The notes: generated by a model from the letters alone, not told the origin. Counted from the first letter of the stretch, positions 29,959-40,770 are shown. The stretch: DNA of 64,000 nucleotides from Candidatus Aldehydirespirator sp. (GCA_965203635.1 OZ241903.1:2290583-2354582), one strand, 5' to 3'. Translations and numbers: made by a program.

Positions 29959-31647
29959 TCAGCCCTCGGTTTCCTCGAGGATCTCGCCGAGCCGCACAAC
30001 GTCGTCCTCGGTGACTACGCCGATGAAGTTGCCGGCGCTGTCGGTCACGGCCAGCACCTCGATGTCGGCTGCCTCCATGGCCACCACCGCGTCGCGAACG
30101 GTCCACGACGGCGACCCGGCGGGCAGGTCCGTCGCCATCATCGACTCGACTGAGGTGGTCTCCCATTCGTCGCGGCTCACTGAGGACAGCTGCGACAGCT
30201 GGGCCATTCCCAGATAAGCACTGCCCGACACGACGGGCACCACCCGCTCGCGCCGGCCCAGGACGTGCATGTACACGAACTCCGACACGGTCGCGTCGGG
30301 CGGGACCGTCAGCACGTCCGTGGTGAGGATCGAGCTGAGCGGCAGCGTGAAGCGTTGCTCGATATGGCCCAGCCGCTTGGATCGCTGGTACTCGGTGACC
30401 GAGGACCGGCCGCCCACCACTTGGCTCACGGCGGCGGCAACCAGGGCGGGCACCACGAACGCGGCCGCACCGGTGGACTCAGCCACGAACATCACGGCTG
30501 CGATAGGGGCCCGGTAGCCGGCGCCGAGGAACGCGGCCAGGCCGAGCGTGGCGTACAGGCCCGTGGACTCTGCGTCCAGGGTCACGCCGACGAACTGACC
30601 CACGATCACGCCCAGAGTGGCCAGCGGGATGAACAGGCCGCCGACACCATCGCCCAGCACCGTGGCCAGCGTGGCCGCGACCCTGACCCCGAACAGCAGG
30701 GCGATCAGCTCCAGCGCGTCCTGCTGAACGACCCATTCCATGGCCCTGGTGCCGGGCCCGAGGCTTAGAACCTCGTCGAAGGCGGCGTCGGCCAGCACGG
30801 CGAGGCCCGCCATCACGACTGCGGCCGCCGCGGCCCTTCTGGGCCAGGAGACCGTGTGGGTGGCATGCTTGGCCTGCCGTACCAGCCAGGCGAAGCCCCG
30901 GCCGCCGAGGCCGGCGGCGATCCCCAGGATCAGCGCTCCCAGCAGATCGCCGATCTGCACGTCGAGCATGGCGGCGGCACCGTCGGCCGCGACGGGACCC
31001 TCGCCCAGGAACGGGACGACGGGAGTGCTGCCCACCAGGAACACGAACGTGACGTAGCTTGCGGCCGACGCGATGAGCGACGGCAGCAGAGCCTGTGGGG
31101 TCACGTCGTCGTGGTAGGGGGCCTCGAGGGCGAATATGACGCCGGTGGCCGGGGTCTTGAACACTGCAGCCACCCCGGCTGCGGCACCGGCGGTGAGCAG
31201 CAGGCGGGCCTCGTCGCGCCGGAAGAACCGCCCCAGGCGTCGATGGACGAACAGCCCCACCGACGATCCGGCGTACAGCGACGGGCCCTCAAGGCCCACT
31301 GCGCCGCCGGAGCCGATGGTCGCGACCCCCGCCAGCAGTTTGGCCGGCAGGAACCGGACGGGAATGCTGGGGTGGCGCTCATGGAACGCCCTGACGTACT
31401 CGTCGGAGGTGGAGCCCGACGTGCCGCCGCCCACGGTGCGCAGCACCAGCTTGGAGGCTGCGATGCCGATGACGGGGGCCAGCGCGAGCACTACCAGGTG
31501 CTGTTCCAACACTCGCTCGAGCACCATGTGAAGCGCCACTGTCTCGAATGCGGCCACCACCAGCGCCACGATCACGCCGGTGGCTGCCGACGCGGCCAGC
31601 AGGCGCGGGTTACGGGCCTGGCGGAGGGTCTTAGTGAGCGGCCGCAT
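29959..31647 (-). CDS. ClC-family chloride channel with C-terminal CBS pair
   Basis: GSGGAVGLEGP, GVIFALE and GLFIP motifs, then two CBS-like repeats in the last ~130 aa. Confidence 0.9.
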   Translation of the reverse strand: MRPLTKTLRQARNPRLLAASAATGVIVALVVAAFETVALHMVLERVLEQHLVVLALAPVIGIAASKLVLRTVGGGTSGSTSDEYVRAFHERHPSIPVRFLPAKLLAGVATIGSGGAVGLEGPSLYAGSSVGLFVHRRLGRFFRRDEARLLLTAGAAAGVAAVFKTPATGVIFALEAPYHDDVTPQALLPSLIASAASYVTFVFLVGSTPVVPFLGEGPVAADGAAAMLDVQIGDLLGALILGIAAGLGGRGFAWLVRQAKHATHTVSWPRRAAAAAVVMAGLAVLADAAFDEVLSLGPGTRAMEWVVQQDALELIALLFGVRVAATLATVLGDGVGGLFIPLATLGVIVGQFVGVTLDAESTGLYATLGLAAFLGAGYRAPIAAVMFVAESTGAAAFVVPALVAAAVSQVVGGRSSVTEYQRSKRLGHIEQRFTLPLSSILTTDVLTVPPDATVSEFVYMHVLGRRERVVPVVSGSAYLGMAQLSQLSSVSRDEWETTSVESMMATDLPAGSPSWTVRDAVVAMEAADIEVLAVTDSAGNFIGVVTEDDVVRLGEILEETEG

Positions 31648-31664
31648 CCGTCTGTGCTGCCCTT

Positions 31665-31868
31665 ATGGTGTCAGGCATGGTTGATAAGCGTCATGATATT
31701 TCAGAGCGGCTCTCGGCCATTGCCGAGGAGATCGCGGATCTGGCCCTTGAGAGCTTGCGGGGTTCCATTGAGGCGGGCGAAACGAAGTCGTCGGACGAAG
31801 AGAAGCGCCTCACTCGGGCCCGGCGAGCCGTCGAGAAGGCCACGCACCTCCTTCGGTCCGATCTGTAG
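31665..31868 (+). CDS. small hypothetical helical protein
   Basis: 67-aa ORF. No family recognised. Confidence 0.35.
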   Translation: MVSGMVDKRHDISERLSAIAEEIADLALESLRGSIEAGETKSSDEEKRLTRARRAVEKATHLLRSDL

Positions 31869-31938
31869 GTGCCGCGTGAGCCCGAGGCTAGCGGGCCGCT
31901 TGGTCGTCGTAGCGGTTCAGCACCATGGCGACCCCACG

Positions 31939-33861
31939 CTAGTGGGGCCCACTCGTGCCGCCACCGGGTTCGCGCACCCGCCGTAGCACCTCGGCCACTA
32001 TCTCGGCCGACGCCTCCGAGACATCGGTCTCGGCCGTGCGGACGTGCATCTCGGCCTCGGCCGGCGCCTCGTAGGGGGCCGACACGCCGGTCAGGTCGGA
32101 GATGGCGCCGGCTCTCGCCTTGGCGTAGAGGCCCTTGGGGTCGCGTGCCTCGCAAACGTCGAGCGGCGCGTCCACGAACACCTCCATGAAGGCGCCCGCG
32201 GGATGCAGGTTCCTCACCCGGTCGCGGTCCTGGCGGTAGGGCGAGATGAACGCGGCCAGCACGACTGCGCCGTACCGGTGCAGCAGGGCGGCTACCTCAC
32301 CGGCCCGTCGGATGTTCTCGGCCCGGTCCTCAGGCGAGAACCCCAGATCGGCATTGAGTCCGAAACGCAGGTTGTCGCCGTCGAGCACGCACGCGAAGAC
32401 CCCGGCCGCGGCCAACTCGGCCTCGGCCGCTCTGGCCAGGGTCGACTTCCCCGAGCCGGGCAGCCCGGTGAACCAGACCGTTAGGGCGCCATGGCCGAGC
32501 AACTGCGCTCTCGTCTCGGGCGACACCCGGCCGGCGCTGGGAACGATGTGGGCGGCCCGGGTCGCCGCCTTGATCATCCCCGCGGCCACGGTGGCGTTGT
32601 CGCTTGGGTCGATGAGGATGAACGACCCACAGGTCCGGTTCTGCTCGTACGGGTCGAACATGAGCTCGGCGTCGGTTCGCAGCGTGACCGAGGCAATGTC
32701 GTTGAGTCTCATGGCGGGCGCGGGCGCCGAGGTGAGCGTGTCGATGTCGAGGCGGCGGACGGGCTCGGTCACCCGGCAGCGCAGTCGCTGTCCGGACTGC
32801 TGGAGTTGGTAGTCCCGGCCTGCGACGAGATCGGACTCCGACATCCAGACCAGCGTCGCGGTGAACTCTCGGGCCCGATCGGGCGGCCGGTCGGGGCTGC
32901 ACAGGATGTCGCCGCGGCCGATGTCGATCGGATCGGCCGTGGTCACGGTTACGGCCCGGCCCGGCCCGGCCTCGTCGAGGTCGCCGTCGAAGGTGACGAT
33001 CCGCTCGACGGTGGTGATGAGACCCGACGGCTCGACCCGCACATCGTCTCCCGGCCGCAGCGTTCCCGAGCAGACGGTCCCCGCGTATCCCCGGAAGCTC
33101 TGGTCGGGCCGGATCACCAACTGCACCGGCAGTCGCAGCGCGTCAACGTGCTCCGGTGCGCCAGCTGGGCCGGCGGCGCGGCCGACGTCCACCTGCTCCA
33201 GGTGCTCCATGAGGCAGGGTCCGCGGTACCAGGGCATGCTCGCGCCCTGTTCAACTATGCAGTCGCCATGCAGCGCGGACATGGGAATGCACACCGGGGC
33301 GGGCAGCCCGAGCGCGCCGGCAAGATCGGAGGCCTCGGCCGCGATCGCGTCGAACCGGTCCTCGGCGTAGCCGACGAGGTCCATCTTGTTGATTGCGGCG
33401 ACGACCGCCTTGATGCCCAGCAGGCTCACTACGGCGCTGTGACGCCGGGTCTGGGTGGTCACACCCTTGGCTGCGTCGACAAGGATCACGGCCAGGTCCG
33501 CGGTGGAGGCGCCCGTGACCATGTTGCGGGTGTACTGCTCGTGGCCGGGAGCGTCGGCGATGATGAAGCTACGCCGGGGGGTCGAGAAGTACAGGTGGGC
33601 GACGTCGATGGTGATGCCCTGCTCACGTTCCGCCTTGAGGCCGTCGGCCAGCAGGGCCAGATCGACTTGCCCACCGGCGTGGCCCGATGTGGCCGAGTCC
33701 TTGCGCACCGCGGCCAGGTGGTCGTCGTAGAGGAGGTCCGAGTCGTGCAGGAGCCGCCCGATCAGTGTCGACTTGCCGTCGTCCACCGAGCCGCAGGTGA
33801 GCAGGCGGAGCAGATCGTGCCGCGGGCCTGGGCCGCCGTCTTCGGCTCGCGCCGGGGCCAT
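31939..33861 (-). CDS. cysN: bifunctional sulfate adenylyltransferase subunit 1 / adenylylsulfate kinase
   Basis: Start ATG 33861 overlaps the cysD stop (TGATG). GTPase GSVDDGKST, DAPGH and NKMD motifs. C-terminal APS kinase P-loop GLPGSGKST. Confidence 0.93.
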   Translation of the reverse strand: MAPARAEDGGPGPRHDLLRLLTCGSVDDGKSTLIGRLLHDSDLLYDDHLAAVRKDSATSGHAGGQVDLALLADGLKAEREQGITIDVAHLYFSTPRRSFIIADAPGHEQYTRNMVTGASTADLAVILVDAAKGVTTQTRRHSAVVSLLGIKAVVAAINKMDLVGYAEDRFDAIAAEASDLAGALGLPAPVCIPMSALHGDCIVEQGASMPWYRGPCLMEHLEQVDVGRAAGPAGAPEHVDALRLPVQLVIRPDQSFRGYAGTVCSGTLRPGDDVRVEPSGLITTVERIVTFDGDLDEAGPGRAVTVTTADPIDIGRGDILCSPDRPPDRAREFTATLVWMSESDLVAGRDYQLQQSGQRLRCRVTEPVRRLDIDTLTSAPAPAMRLNDIASVTLRTDAELMFDPYEQNRTCGSFILIDPSDNATVAAGMIKAATRAAHIVPSAGRVSPETRAQLLGHGALTVWFTGLPGSGKSTLARAAEAELAAAGVFACVLDGDNLRFGLNADLGFSPEDRAENIRRAGEVAALLHRYGAVVLAAFISPYRQDRDRVRNLHPAGAFMEVFVDAPLDVCEARDPKGLYAKARAGAISDLTGVSAPYEAPAEAEMHVRTAETDVSEASAEIVAEVLRRVREPGGGTSGPH

Positions 33862-34820
33862 CAGAAGTAGCCCTCCCGCTTCTTCGCCTCCATGGAGCCG
33901 GACTGGTCGTGGTCGATCACCCGGCCCTCCCTTTCGGAGCGGGTGGCACCGGCCATCTCGGCCGCGACCTCCGACACGGTGGCCGCGGTCGACTCGACCG
34001 CACCGGTGAGCGGGTAGCACCCCAGCGTGCGGAAGCGCACCGACCGCGCCTCGGGCCGCTCGCCCGCCTCGAACCTGAACCGGTCGTCGTCCACCATTAT
34101 CAGGGTCCCGTCCCGTTCGACCACCGGTCTCGGCGCGGCGAAGTACAGCGGCACGACCTCTATGCCGCTGGCCGCGATGTAGTACCACACGTCCAACTCG
34201 GTCCAGTTGCTCAACGGGAACACCCGGATGCTCTCGCCACCGGAGATGCGGCCGTTGTAGTGGTTCCACAGCTCGGGCCGCTGGTTCCTCGGATCCCATC
34301 GGTGTAGCCGGTCCCGGAAGCTGAAGACCCGCTCCTTGGCCCGCGAGCGCTCCTCGTCGCGCCGGGCCCCGCCGAACGCAGCGTCGTATCGGCCGGCGTC
34401 GAGGGCCTGCTTGAGGGCCCGGGTCTTCATCACGTCGGTGTAGTGCTGTGACGAGTGGTCGAACGGGTTGATCTGTGCCGCGACCCCGTCTGGGTTGGTG
34501 TGCACCACCAATTCGAAGCCGATCTCGTCGGCCATCCGGTCCCGGAAGGCGATCATCTCGGAGAACTTCCAGGTCGTGTCGATGTGCAGCAACGGGAAGG
34601 GGATCGGGCCGGGATGGAACGCCTTGCGGGCGAGGTGCAGCATCACCGAGCTGTCCTTGCCGATCGAGTAGAGCATCACGGGGTTGCTGAACTGCGCTCT
34701 GACCTCGCGGATGATGTGGATGCTCTCGTCCTCGAGTCGCTGCAGCCGTTCCGGCAGCTCCCCGGCCGTGGGGCGGCTAGGCGGGGCGGGACGAGGTGTG
34801 GAGGTCGTCGGCCTTGTCAC
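33861..34820 (-). CDS. cysD: sulfate adenylyltransferase subunit 2
   Basis: [21 protein letters not shown] (PP-loop) and C-terminal KKREGYF. The GTG start at 34820 overlaps the tal end by 44 nt, so the start is uncertain. Confidence 0.92.
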   Translation of the reverse strand: MTRPTTSTPRPAPPSRPTAGELPERLQRLEDESIHIIREVRAQFSNPVMLYSIGKDSSVMLHLARKAFHPGPIPFPLLHIDTTWKFSEMIAFRDRMADEIGFELVVHTNPDGVAAQINPFDHSSQHYTDVMKTRALKQALDAGRYDAAFGGARRDEERSRAKERVFSFRDRLHRWDPRNQRPELWNHYNGRISGGESIRVFPLSNWTELDVWYYIAASGIEVVPLYFAAPRPVVERDGTLIMVDDDRFRFEAGERPEARSVRFRTLGCYPLTGAVESTAATVSEVAAEMAGATRSEREGRVIDHDQSGSMEAKKREGYF

Positions 34821-35892
34821 CTAGCACCCCTAGAAGCTCGTCGAAGCTCTTGGCGAAGGCAGCGACGCCCTCGTCCTCGAGTTGGGCGGTGACGGCTTCG
34901 AGGTCGACGCCCACGGCTGCGATCCGGTCGAGCACCTCGACCGCCTCGTCGATTCCCGACGCGAGCGTGGGCTCGGCGGTGCCGTGGTGCTCGAAGGCCT
35001 CCAGCGTGGCGTCGGGAAGGGTGTTCACCGTGCCGGGGCCGATCAGCTCGTCGACGTAGAGCGTGTCGGGATAGGCCGGGTTCTTGGTCGATGTGCTCGC
35101 CCACAGCAGGCGCTGGGGCCGTGCCCCCCGGTCGGCCAGCGCCTTCCAGCGCGGCTCGGAGCAGAGCCTCTGGAAGTGGGCGTATGCGACCTTGGCGTTG
35201 GCGATGGCCGCCTTGCCCCGCAACTGCAGCGCCTCTTCGGTGCCGATGGCGTCGAGGCGCCGGTCCACCTCTGTGTCGATCCTCGACACGAAGAACGACG
35301 CCACGCTGGACACTCTCGACAGGTCCCCGGGCCTCTGCTCGAGCCCGGACATGTAGGCGTCGGCCACCTCGAGGTAGCGCTCAACGCTGAAGATCAACGT
35401 GACATTGATGCTGTTGCCCTCTGCGATCATCTGGGAGATGGGCGCGAGACCCTCGGCTGTTCCCGGAATCTTCACGTAGAGGTTGGGCAGCGCGAGCTGA
35501 TCGTGCAGGTTCCGGGCGGCTTCAGCGGTGGCTGCGCCGTCCCGGGCAAGATCGGGCGCGACCTCGACCGACACATAGCCGTCGAGGCCGTCGGACTGGT
35601 CGTAGACCCCCCGCAGGACCGCGGCCGCAGCCGAAATGTCGGAGGTCACCAGGCGCCAGTAGGACGACTCGACGTCGAGTCCTGCATCGATGGAGGACCG
35701 GAACTCGTCGTCGTAGTCGGCGGTGGCGGTGATGGCCTTCTGGAATATCGACGGGTTCGACGTCAAGCCCCGGACACCCTGCTGGACCCACCTCTGGAGG
35801 TCTCCGCCGGTGATCCAGCCCCTGCGGATGTTGTCCAGCCAGGGACTCTGGCCGCAACGCCCGTAGAGCTCGTGCAGTCTGGTGGAAGTCAT
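34777..35892 (-). CDS. tal: transaldolase (long actinobacterial type)
   Basis: 371 aa. [18 protein letters not shown] and VKIPGT motifs. Confidence 0.93.
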   Translation of the reverse strand: MTSTRLHELYGRCGQSPWLDNIRRGWITGGDLQRWVQQGVRGLTSNPSIFQKAITATADYDDEFRSSIDAGLDVESSYWRLVTSDISAAAAVLRGVYDQSDGLDGYVSVEVAPDLARDGAATAEAARNLHDQLALPNLYVKIPGTAEGLAPISQMIAEGNSINVTLIFSVERYLEVADAYMSGLEQRPGDLSRVSSVASFFVSRIDTEVDRRLDAIGTEEALQLRGKAAIANAKVAYAHFQRLCSEPRWKALADRGARPQRLLWASTSTKNPAYPDTLYVDELIGPGTVNTLPDATLEAFEHHGTAEPTLASGIDEAVEVLDRIAAVGVDLEAVTAQLEDEGVAAFAKSFDELLGVLGDKADDLHTSSRPA

Positions 35893-35913
35893 CTCGAGCC
35901 GTCCTCCTCTACG

Positions 35914-37893
35914 TCAAAGAGCAGCCTCGACCCCTGGCCGAGCGCCGGCCAGCAGGGCCCGGGCCCTGCCGGCCACGTTGGACGCGGAGATCCCGAGCTG
36001 CTCCATCACCACCGCGCCGGGCGCCGAGGCGCCGAAGCGGTCGATGCCTACGGCATCGTCGGTCCAGCGGCTCCAACCCATGGTGCTGCCCGCCTCCACC
36101 GCCAACGACGGGAGGTCGGGCCGGAGCACCCGGGCCTGCTCGGAGTAGGGCACCTCCGCGAACAGCTCCCATGACGGCAGCGACACCACCCGGGCTGCGA
36201 CTCCCTCGGCGACCAGGATGGCGGCCGCGTCGCAGCACACCGCCACCTCGCTGCCCGTCCCCACCAGCGTCAGGCTGGGCTCGTCGGGCTCTCGCAGCGC
36301 GTAGCCCCCCGCCGCGACCGCGTCGGCCCGGGTGCCCTCGAGCACGGGCACACCCTGGCGGGTGAGAATCAGGGCGGTCGGACCGGCGGACTCCAACGCC
36401 ACCCGCCAGGCCCCCACCGTCTCGGTGGCGTCGGCGGGCCTGATGACCCGTAGGCCCGGTATGGCTCGGAGCGAGGCCAGGTGCTCGACCGGCTGGTGGG
36501 TGGGGCCGTCCTCTCCCACGCCCACCGAGTCGTGGCTCCACGCGAACACCACCTTGGCTTCCGACAGCGCGGCGAGCCGCACTGCGGGCCTCATGTAGTC
36601 GGCGAACACCAGGAAGGTGCCCACCACCGGTATGGCGCCGCCGTGCAGGGCCATGCCGTTGGCGATCGCCCCCATGGCGTGCTCGCGCACGCCGAAGTAG
36701 ATCTGCCGGCCTCCTGGCCCGCGGGCCGAGAACACGCCGGCGTCGGCGATGGCGGTGCCGGTGTTGCCCGTGAGGTCGGCACCCCCGCCGGTGAGTCCGG
36801 GCACCACCGGCAGCAAGGCCTGCAGGGTGGCATTGGAGGCCTTGCGGGTGGCGACCGACTGGCCCGGCTGGAACGACGGCAGCGAGTCGTCCCAGCCGGC
36901 ACGGCCGGTTGCGGCCAGGCACGCCTCGAGGTCGGCGCGGTCGCCGTCGAAGGCCGCGGCGCGGGCCTCCCAGGCGAAGCGCTCGTCCTGGCCGGCGGTC
37001 CCGGCGCGGCGGTAGTAGTCGAGCACCTCGGGCGGCACGTGGAACGGATCGCCGGCGGGCAGTCCCATCAGGGTCTTGGTGGCCGCGATCTCCTCGTCGA
37101 AGATGGCGTAGCCGTGTGCGGCCGGCGTGCCCGAAGCCTGGGGAGCCGGCGCGGCGATCACGGAGCGCACGATCACAAGGGTCGGGCGATCGTCGGCGCC
37201 GGTCGCGTCGCGCAGTCCGGCTTCCAGCGCGTCGAGGTCCTCGGCCGCCTCGCCGAGTTCGATGACATGCCAGCCGTAGGCCCGGAAGCGGGCCGCGGCG
37301 TCGTCGGAGAGGGCCAAGTCGGTGCCGCCGTCGATGGTGACCTCGTTGTCGTCGTAGACCACCACCAGCCGACCCAGGCCCAGATGTCCCGCCAGCGAGG
37401 CGGCCTCGTGGCTGACACCCTCGGACAGGTCGCCGTCGCCGGCGATCACGAAGATGCGGTGGTCGCAGACATCGGCGCCGTAGCGGCTTCGCATCTGGCT
37501 CTCCGCGATGGCCATGCCCACCGCGTTGGCGATGCCCTGACCGAGCGGGCCGGTGGTCACCTCCACCCCCGGCGTGCAGCCGACCTCGGGATGGCCGGGC
37601 GTGGGCGATCCCCACTGCCGGAAGTTCCTCAGATCCTCGAGGGTCAGGCCGTGACCGGTCAGGTAGAGCATGGCGTACTGCAGGATTGAGGCGTGACCGG
37701 CTGAGAGTACGAACCGGTCCCGGTCCGGCCAGTCCGGCCTCTGGGCGTCGTAGCGCATGATCCGGGTCCACAGCACGTGGGCGAGCGGGGCCAGGGCCAT
37801 GGCGGTGCCCTGGTGGCCCGAGCGCGCCGCATGGGGCGCGTCCATGGCCAGCGCCTTGATGACGTTGATTCCAAGCCTCTCGATGGAAGTCAC
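35914..37893 (-). CDS. tkt: transketolase
   Basis: SGHQGTAMA, GDGDLSEG (TPP), and GEDGPTHQP. GTG 37893 is preceded by GGAGGG; the track ORF starts 60 nt upstream. Confidence 0.95.
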   Translation of the reverse strand: MTSIERLGINVIKALAMDAPHAARSGHQGTAMALAPLAHVLWTRIMRYDAQRPDWPDRDRFVLSAGHASILQYAMLYLTGHGLTLEDLRNFRQWGSPTPGHPEVGCTPGVEVTTGPLGQGIANAVGMAIAESQMRSRYGADVCDHRIFVIAGDGDLSEGVSHEAASLAGHLGLGRLVVVYDDNEVTIDGGTDLALSDDAAARFRAYGWHVIELGEAAEDLDALEAGLRDATGADDRPTLVIVRSVIAAPAPQASGTPAAHGYAIFDEEIAATKTLMGLPAGDPFHVPPEVLDYYRRAGTAGQDERFAWEARAAAFDGDRADLEACLAATGRAGWDDSLPSFQPGQSVATRKASNATLQALLPVVPGLTGGGADLTGNTGTAIADAGVFSARGPGGRQIYFGVREHAMGAIANGMALHGGAIPVVGTFLVFADYMRPAVRLAALSEAKVVFAWSHDSVGVGEDGPTHQPVEHLASLRAIPGLRVIRPADATETVGAWRVALESAGPTALILTRQGVPVLEGTRADAVAAGGYALREPDEPSLTLVGTGSEVAVCCDAAAILVAEGVAARVVSLPSWELFAEVPYSEQARVLRPDLPSLAVEAGSTMGWSRWTDDAVGIDRFGASAPGAVVMEQLGISASNVAGRARALLAGARPGVEAAL

Positions 37894-37971
37894 CGGCCCT
37901 CCAACCGCTCGCACTCCGCGCACGCGCGGCCCACCATATCCATTGCCGCGCACTCGGATGGGGAGGACGCT

Positions 37972-38358
37972 CTAGCCGGGAGGAGGCAGCAGGGTGTAGG
38001 GGACCACGGTCACCGGTCCGGCATCGATGCGAGCCCGAGCCTCGACCGTGCCGTAGTCGGTGAACTCGAGTTCGGCCCGGACCAGCCGGTAGTTGAACTT
38101 CCCCGGCTCCACCTGCAGCGGCTGCACGTTGCGGGCTATCCGCTCCTCGCCCCGGAAGTAGGCGACCTCGAGAGCCCCGGCGCCGGGCTCGTCGGGCGCG
38201 CAGCGAACGATCACCACCAGGTGGGGGGCCCACATCAGCGGCAGCTCCGTGGGGGCGACCGCCGAGAACTGCACGCCGGTCAGGTCGATGCGGGTGGAGG
38301 GTCCCGGCACCTGGCGGAGCTGGATGTCGTCGATGAACAAGGCGGCCACGATGTCCAT
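37972..38358 (-). CDS. hypothetical protein
   Basis: 128-aa ORF with non-repetitive composition. No family recognised. Confidence 0.5.
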   Translation of the reverse strand: MDIVAALFIDDIQLRQVPGPSTRIDLTGVQFSAVAPTELPLMWAPHLVVIVRCAPDEPGAGALEVAYFRGEERIARNVQPLQVEPGKFNYRLVRAELEFTDYGTVEARARIDAGPVTVVPYTLLPPPG

Positions 38359-38428
38359 GCGCCGACCCTACCGAATGCCTGTCACGGCCGGGCAGCCCGG
38401 TCCCATCCGAGCCGGTAGGCGGCGTACC

Positions 38429-40108
38429 ATGGCGAGGATGCGTCGAATCCTGGTCTCGATCCTGCTGGCCGCGCTGGCGACCACCGCGGTCGGGTCGTAT
38501 GTCCAGGCGCGGCGCATCAACGCCGACTCCGATCCGGGCTGGGTCTCCGACACCGGCCCTCCGGAGATGGTGGTGTCCACGCCGCTGCTGAACGTCCGCC
38601 GGACGCCGTCGTGGCTGTCGGCTCCGGTCACCGAGGCCCGCCTGTTCGAGCGGCTCTCCGGCGTGGCCGAGCTGCCCAGCGCTCCGCCGCAGACGTGTCT
38701 GGCCGTCTACCGCAACGGTGAGCCCATCATGAGCGAGCAGGCTGAGGTGCCGCTGGTGCCGTCCTCGCTGATGAAGATCGTCACCGCAGCTGTGATCCTC
38801 GAGACCGCGGGACCCGCGGCCACCTTCACCACCGAGGCCTTCGTGCGCACGGCGGACCTCAGCGCGGCTGCCGGCGGTGTGCTCACCGGCGACGTCTATC
38901 TGGTCGGGCGGGGCGATCCCGTCCTGTCGACGCTCTCCTACATAAGGCGCTTCCCCGAGCCCATGGTCCACACCGACTTCACGGACTTGGCCGTGCAGGC
39001 CGCGGCAAGCCTGCGCGATCGGGGCATCTCTGTGGTGGAGGGCAGCGTCCTCGCCGACGAGTCGCGCTTCCCCGAAGCGGAGCGGGACTACTCCGGCCAA
39101 CGCGTCCAGCCCGACGACCGGCCGATCTGGAAGCAGTCCTACGTGAACAGCAACCAGGTCGGTCCCCTGTCCGCGCTGCTGCTCAACGACGGGTACGTGT
39201 CCTTCGCGGCGTCGGCGGACTACGCCAGCCGGCGGGAGAACGTGCGGGCCGTCGATCCCGCTCTCCACGCCGCGCAGGTGTTGGACGGATTGATCGAGGC
39301 CCGCGGCATCCGTGTCGCGGCGGAGGCCAGCAAGGGCACCGCGCCGCCGCTGTCTGAGCTTCACTCGCTGGGCAGCGTCGAGTCGCCGCCCATGTCCGAG
39401 ATTGTGGCTCGGATGCTGCGCTACTCGGACAACACCACTGCCGAGATGCTCCTGAAGGACATCGGCAGACGCTTCTCGGGCTCGGCCCGCGCCGAAGCGG
39501 TGACCGACGTCCACGACGTGCTGGAGAGACTGCTGGACGTCCCTACCGAAGGGATCGTCATTGTCGACGGCTCGGGACTCTCGCTGCACAATCTGCTGAC
39601 CTGTGACCTGATCGCCAGACTGTTGCTGCGGGCCGGCCCCGACTCGCCTCTGGTGAGCGGCCTGGCCGTGGTGGGGGAGAGCGGCACCCTGCGGGACTGC
39701 GAGGCGGAGCAACCCTCCGATGAGGCCGTCATCGACGCACCCGGTCTTGCCGACGGTGCGGTGGACAACCCGGTGTGGGCCAAGAGCGGGACTCTCAACG
39801 ATGTCTCGGCCCTCGCGGGGGTCACCGTGGCTCGCAACGGCGACGTGCTCACGTTCGCGCTGATCTCCAACCGCGAAGGTCTCATCTTCGATCTCGGCTT
39901 CTGCAACGACTTGCAGCGCGGCCTCATCGCGGCTGCGGCCGGCCACCCGTATGGACCGTCCTCGGCCGACGCCCTGCTCCATCCGCAGCCCGCGAGGGCG
40001 CCGGTAGTAGTCCCCGATCCCGAGTCAGGCAACGGCCAAGTAGACCCCGATCCCGAATCAGGCAACGGCCAAGTAGACCCCGATCCCGAGTCAGGCGACG
40101 GCCAATAG
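38429..40108 (+). CDS. dacB: D-alanyl-D-alanine carboxypeptidase/endopeptidase (PBP4, S13 family)
   Basis: Signal/anchor MARMRRILVSILLAALATTAV, SxxK as PSSLMK, YSDN (SxN) and KSGT (KTG-like). The C-terminus carries three 33-bp tandem units. Confidence 0.88.
   Translation: MARMRRILVSILLAALATTAVGSYVQARRINADSDPGWVSDTGPPEMVVSTPLLNVRRTPSWLSAPVTEARLFERLSGVAELPSAPPQTCLAVYRNGEPIMSEQAEVPLVPSSLMKIVTAAVILETAGPAATFTTEAFVRTADLSAAAGGVLTGDVYLVGRGDPVLSTLSYIRRFPEPMVHTDFTDLAVQAAASLRDRGISVVEGSVLADESRFPEAERDYSGQRVQPDDRPIWKQSYVNSNQVGPLSALLLNDGYVSFAASADYASRRENVRAVDPALHAAQVLDGLIEARGIRVAAEASKGTAPPLSELHSLGSVESPPMSEIVARMLRYSDNTTAEMLLKDIGRRFSGSARAEAVTDVHDVLERLLDVPTEGIVIVDGSGLSLHNLLTCDLIARLLLRAGPDSPLVSGLAVVGESGTLRDCEAEQPSDEAVIDAPGLADGAVDNPVWAKSGTLNDVSALAGVTVARNGDVLTFALISNREGLIFDLGFCNDLQRGLIAAAAGHPYGPSSADALLHPQPARAPVVVPDPESGNGQVDPDPESGNGQVDPDPESGDGQ
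40012..40108. repeat. 33-bp tandem repeat x3 encoding DPDPESGNGQV at the dacB C-terminus
   Basis: CCCCGATCCCGAGTCAGGCAACGGCCAAGTAGA at 40012, 40045 and 40078 (the last unit is cut by the stop). Confidence 0.9.
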
Positions 40109-40122
40109 GAGCGAGGGCCACC

Positions 40123-40770
40123 GTGGCTACGCCGATGTTCGCGCTCCAGTCGGTGCTGCTCCCCGGATCGCCGCTGCCGCTGCACGTCTTCGAGCCTCGC
40201 TATGTGGCCATGCTCGACACCGTCATCTCGACGGACGCCGAAATGGGCGTCGTGCTGATCGAGCGGGGCCGCGAGGTCGGGGGCGGGGATGTGCGGTGCG
40301 ATGTGGCCACCATGGCCCGCGTCGTGGAGGCCCGGGAGTTGGCCGACGGCAGGCTGCTGGTGATGGCGCTGGGAGTCCGTCGGATCCGGGTGCGGCGGTG
40401 GCTGCCCGACGATCCATACCCCTGCGCCGAGACTGAGGACTGGCCAGATGAGCCCGAAGGTGAGTCGCCGCCGAGCGGCGAGCAGCTGCGGCAGTTGGGC
40501 GCACTGGTCTCGGAGGCACGCAGCCTGGCCCGGCGTCTCGAGATCGCGCCCGGGCCGCAGCACGAGGCAGCTGAAGTGGTTCCCGTGGATGTGGGCCGCG
40601 ACGCTTCCCAGGCCTCCTACCGGGCCGCGGCTCTTGCTCCACTCGGTCCACTCGACCGCTACGAGGTGCTCTGCACGCCGGGCGCCGGCCGGCGGCTCTC
40701 CGTCGCGCACCGTGCGGTGGCCGATGCCGTCGACCTGTTGAGAGCCCGGATCGAGCTGGGCGGCGGGTAG
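40123..40770 (+). CDS. LON N-terminal (substrate-binding) domain protein
   Basis: MFALQSVLLPGSPLPLHVFEPRY..GVVLI. Confidence 0.8.
   Translation: MATPMFALQSVLLPGSPLPLHVFEPRYVAMLDTVISTDAEMGVVLIERGREVGGGDVRCDVATMARVVEARELADGRLLVMALGVRRIRVRRWLPDDPYPCAETEDWPDEPEGESPPSGEQLRQLGALVSEARSLARRLEIAPGPQHEAAEVVPVDVGRDASQASYRAAALAPLGPLDRYEVLCTPGAGRRLSVAHRAVADAVDLLRARIELGGG

Noticed and set aside
35909-39982. 1357-aa minus-strand ORF spanning tkt, the hypothetical gene and dacB
   Set aside because: It is a shadow frame: RGRP-rich with no motifs. It overlaps well-supported genes on both strands.
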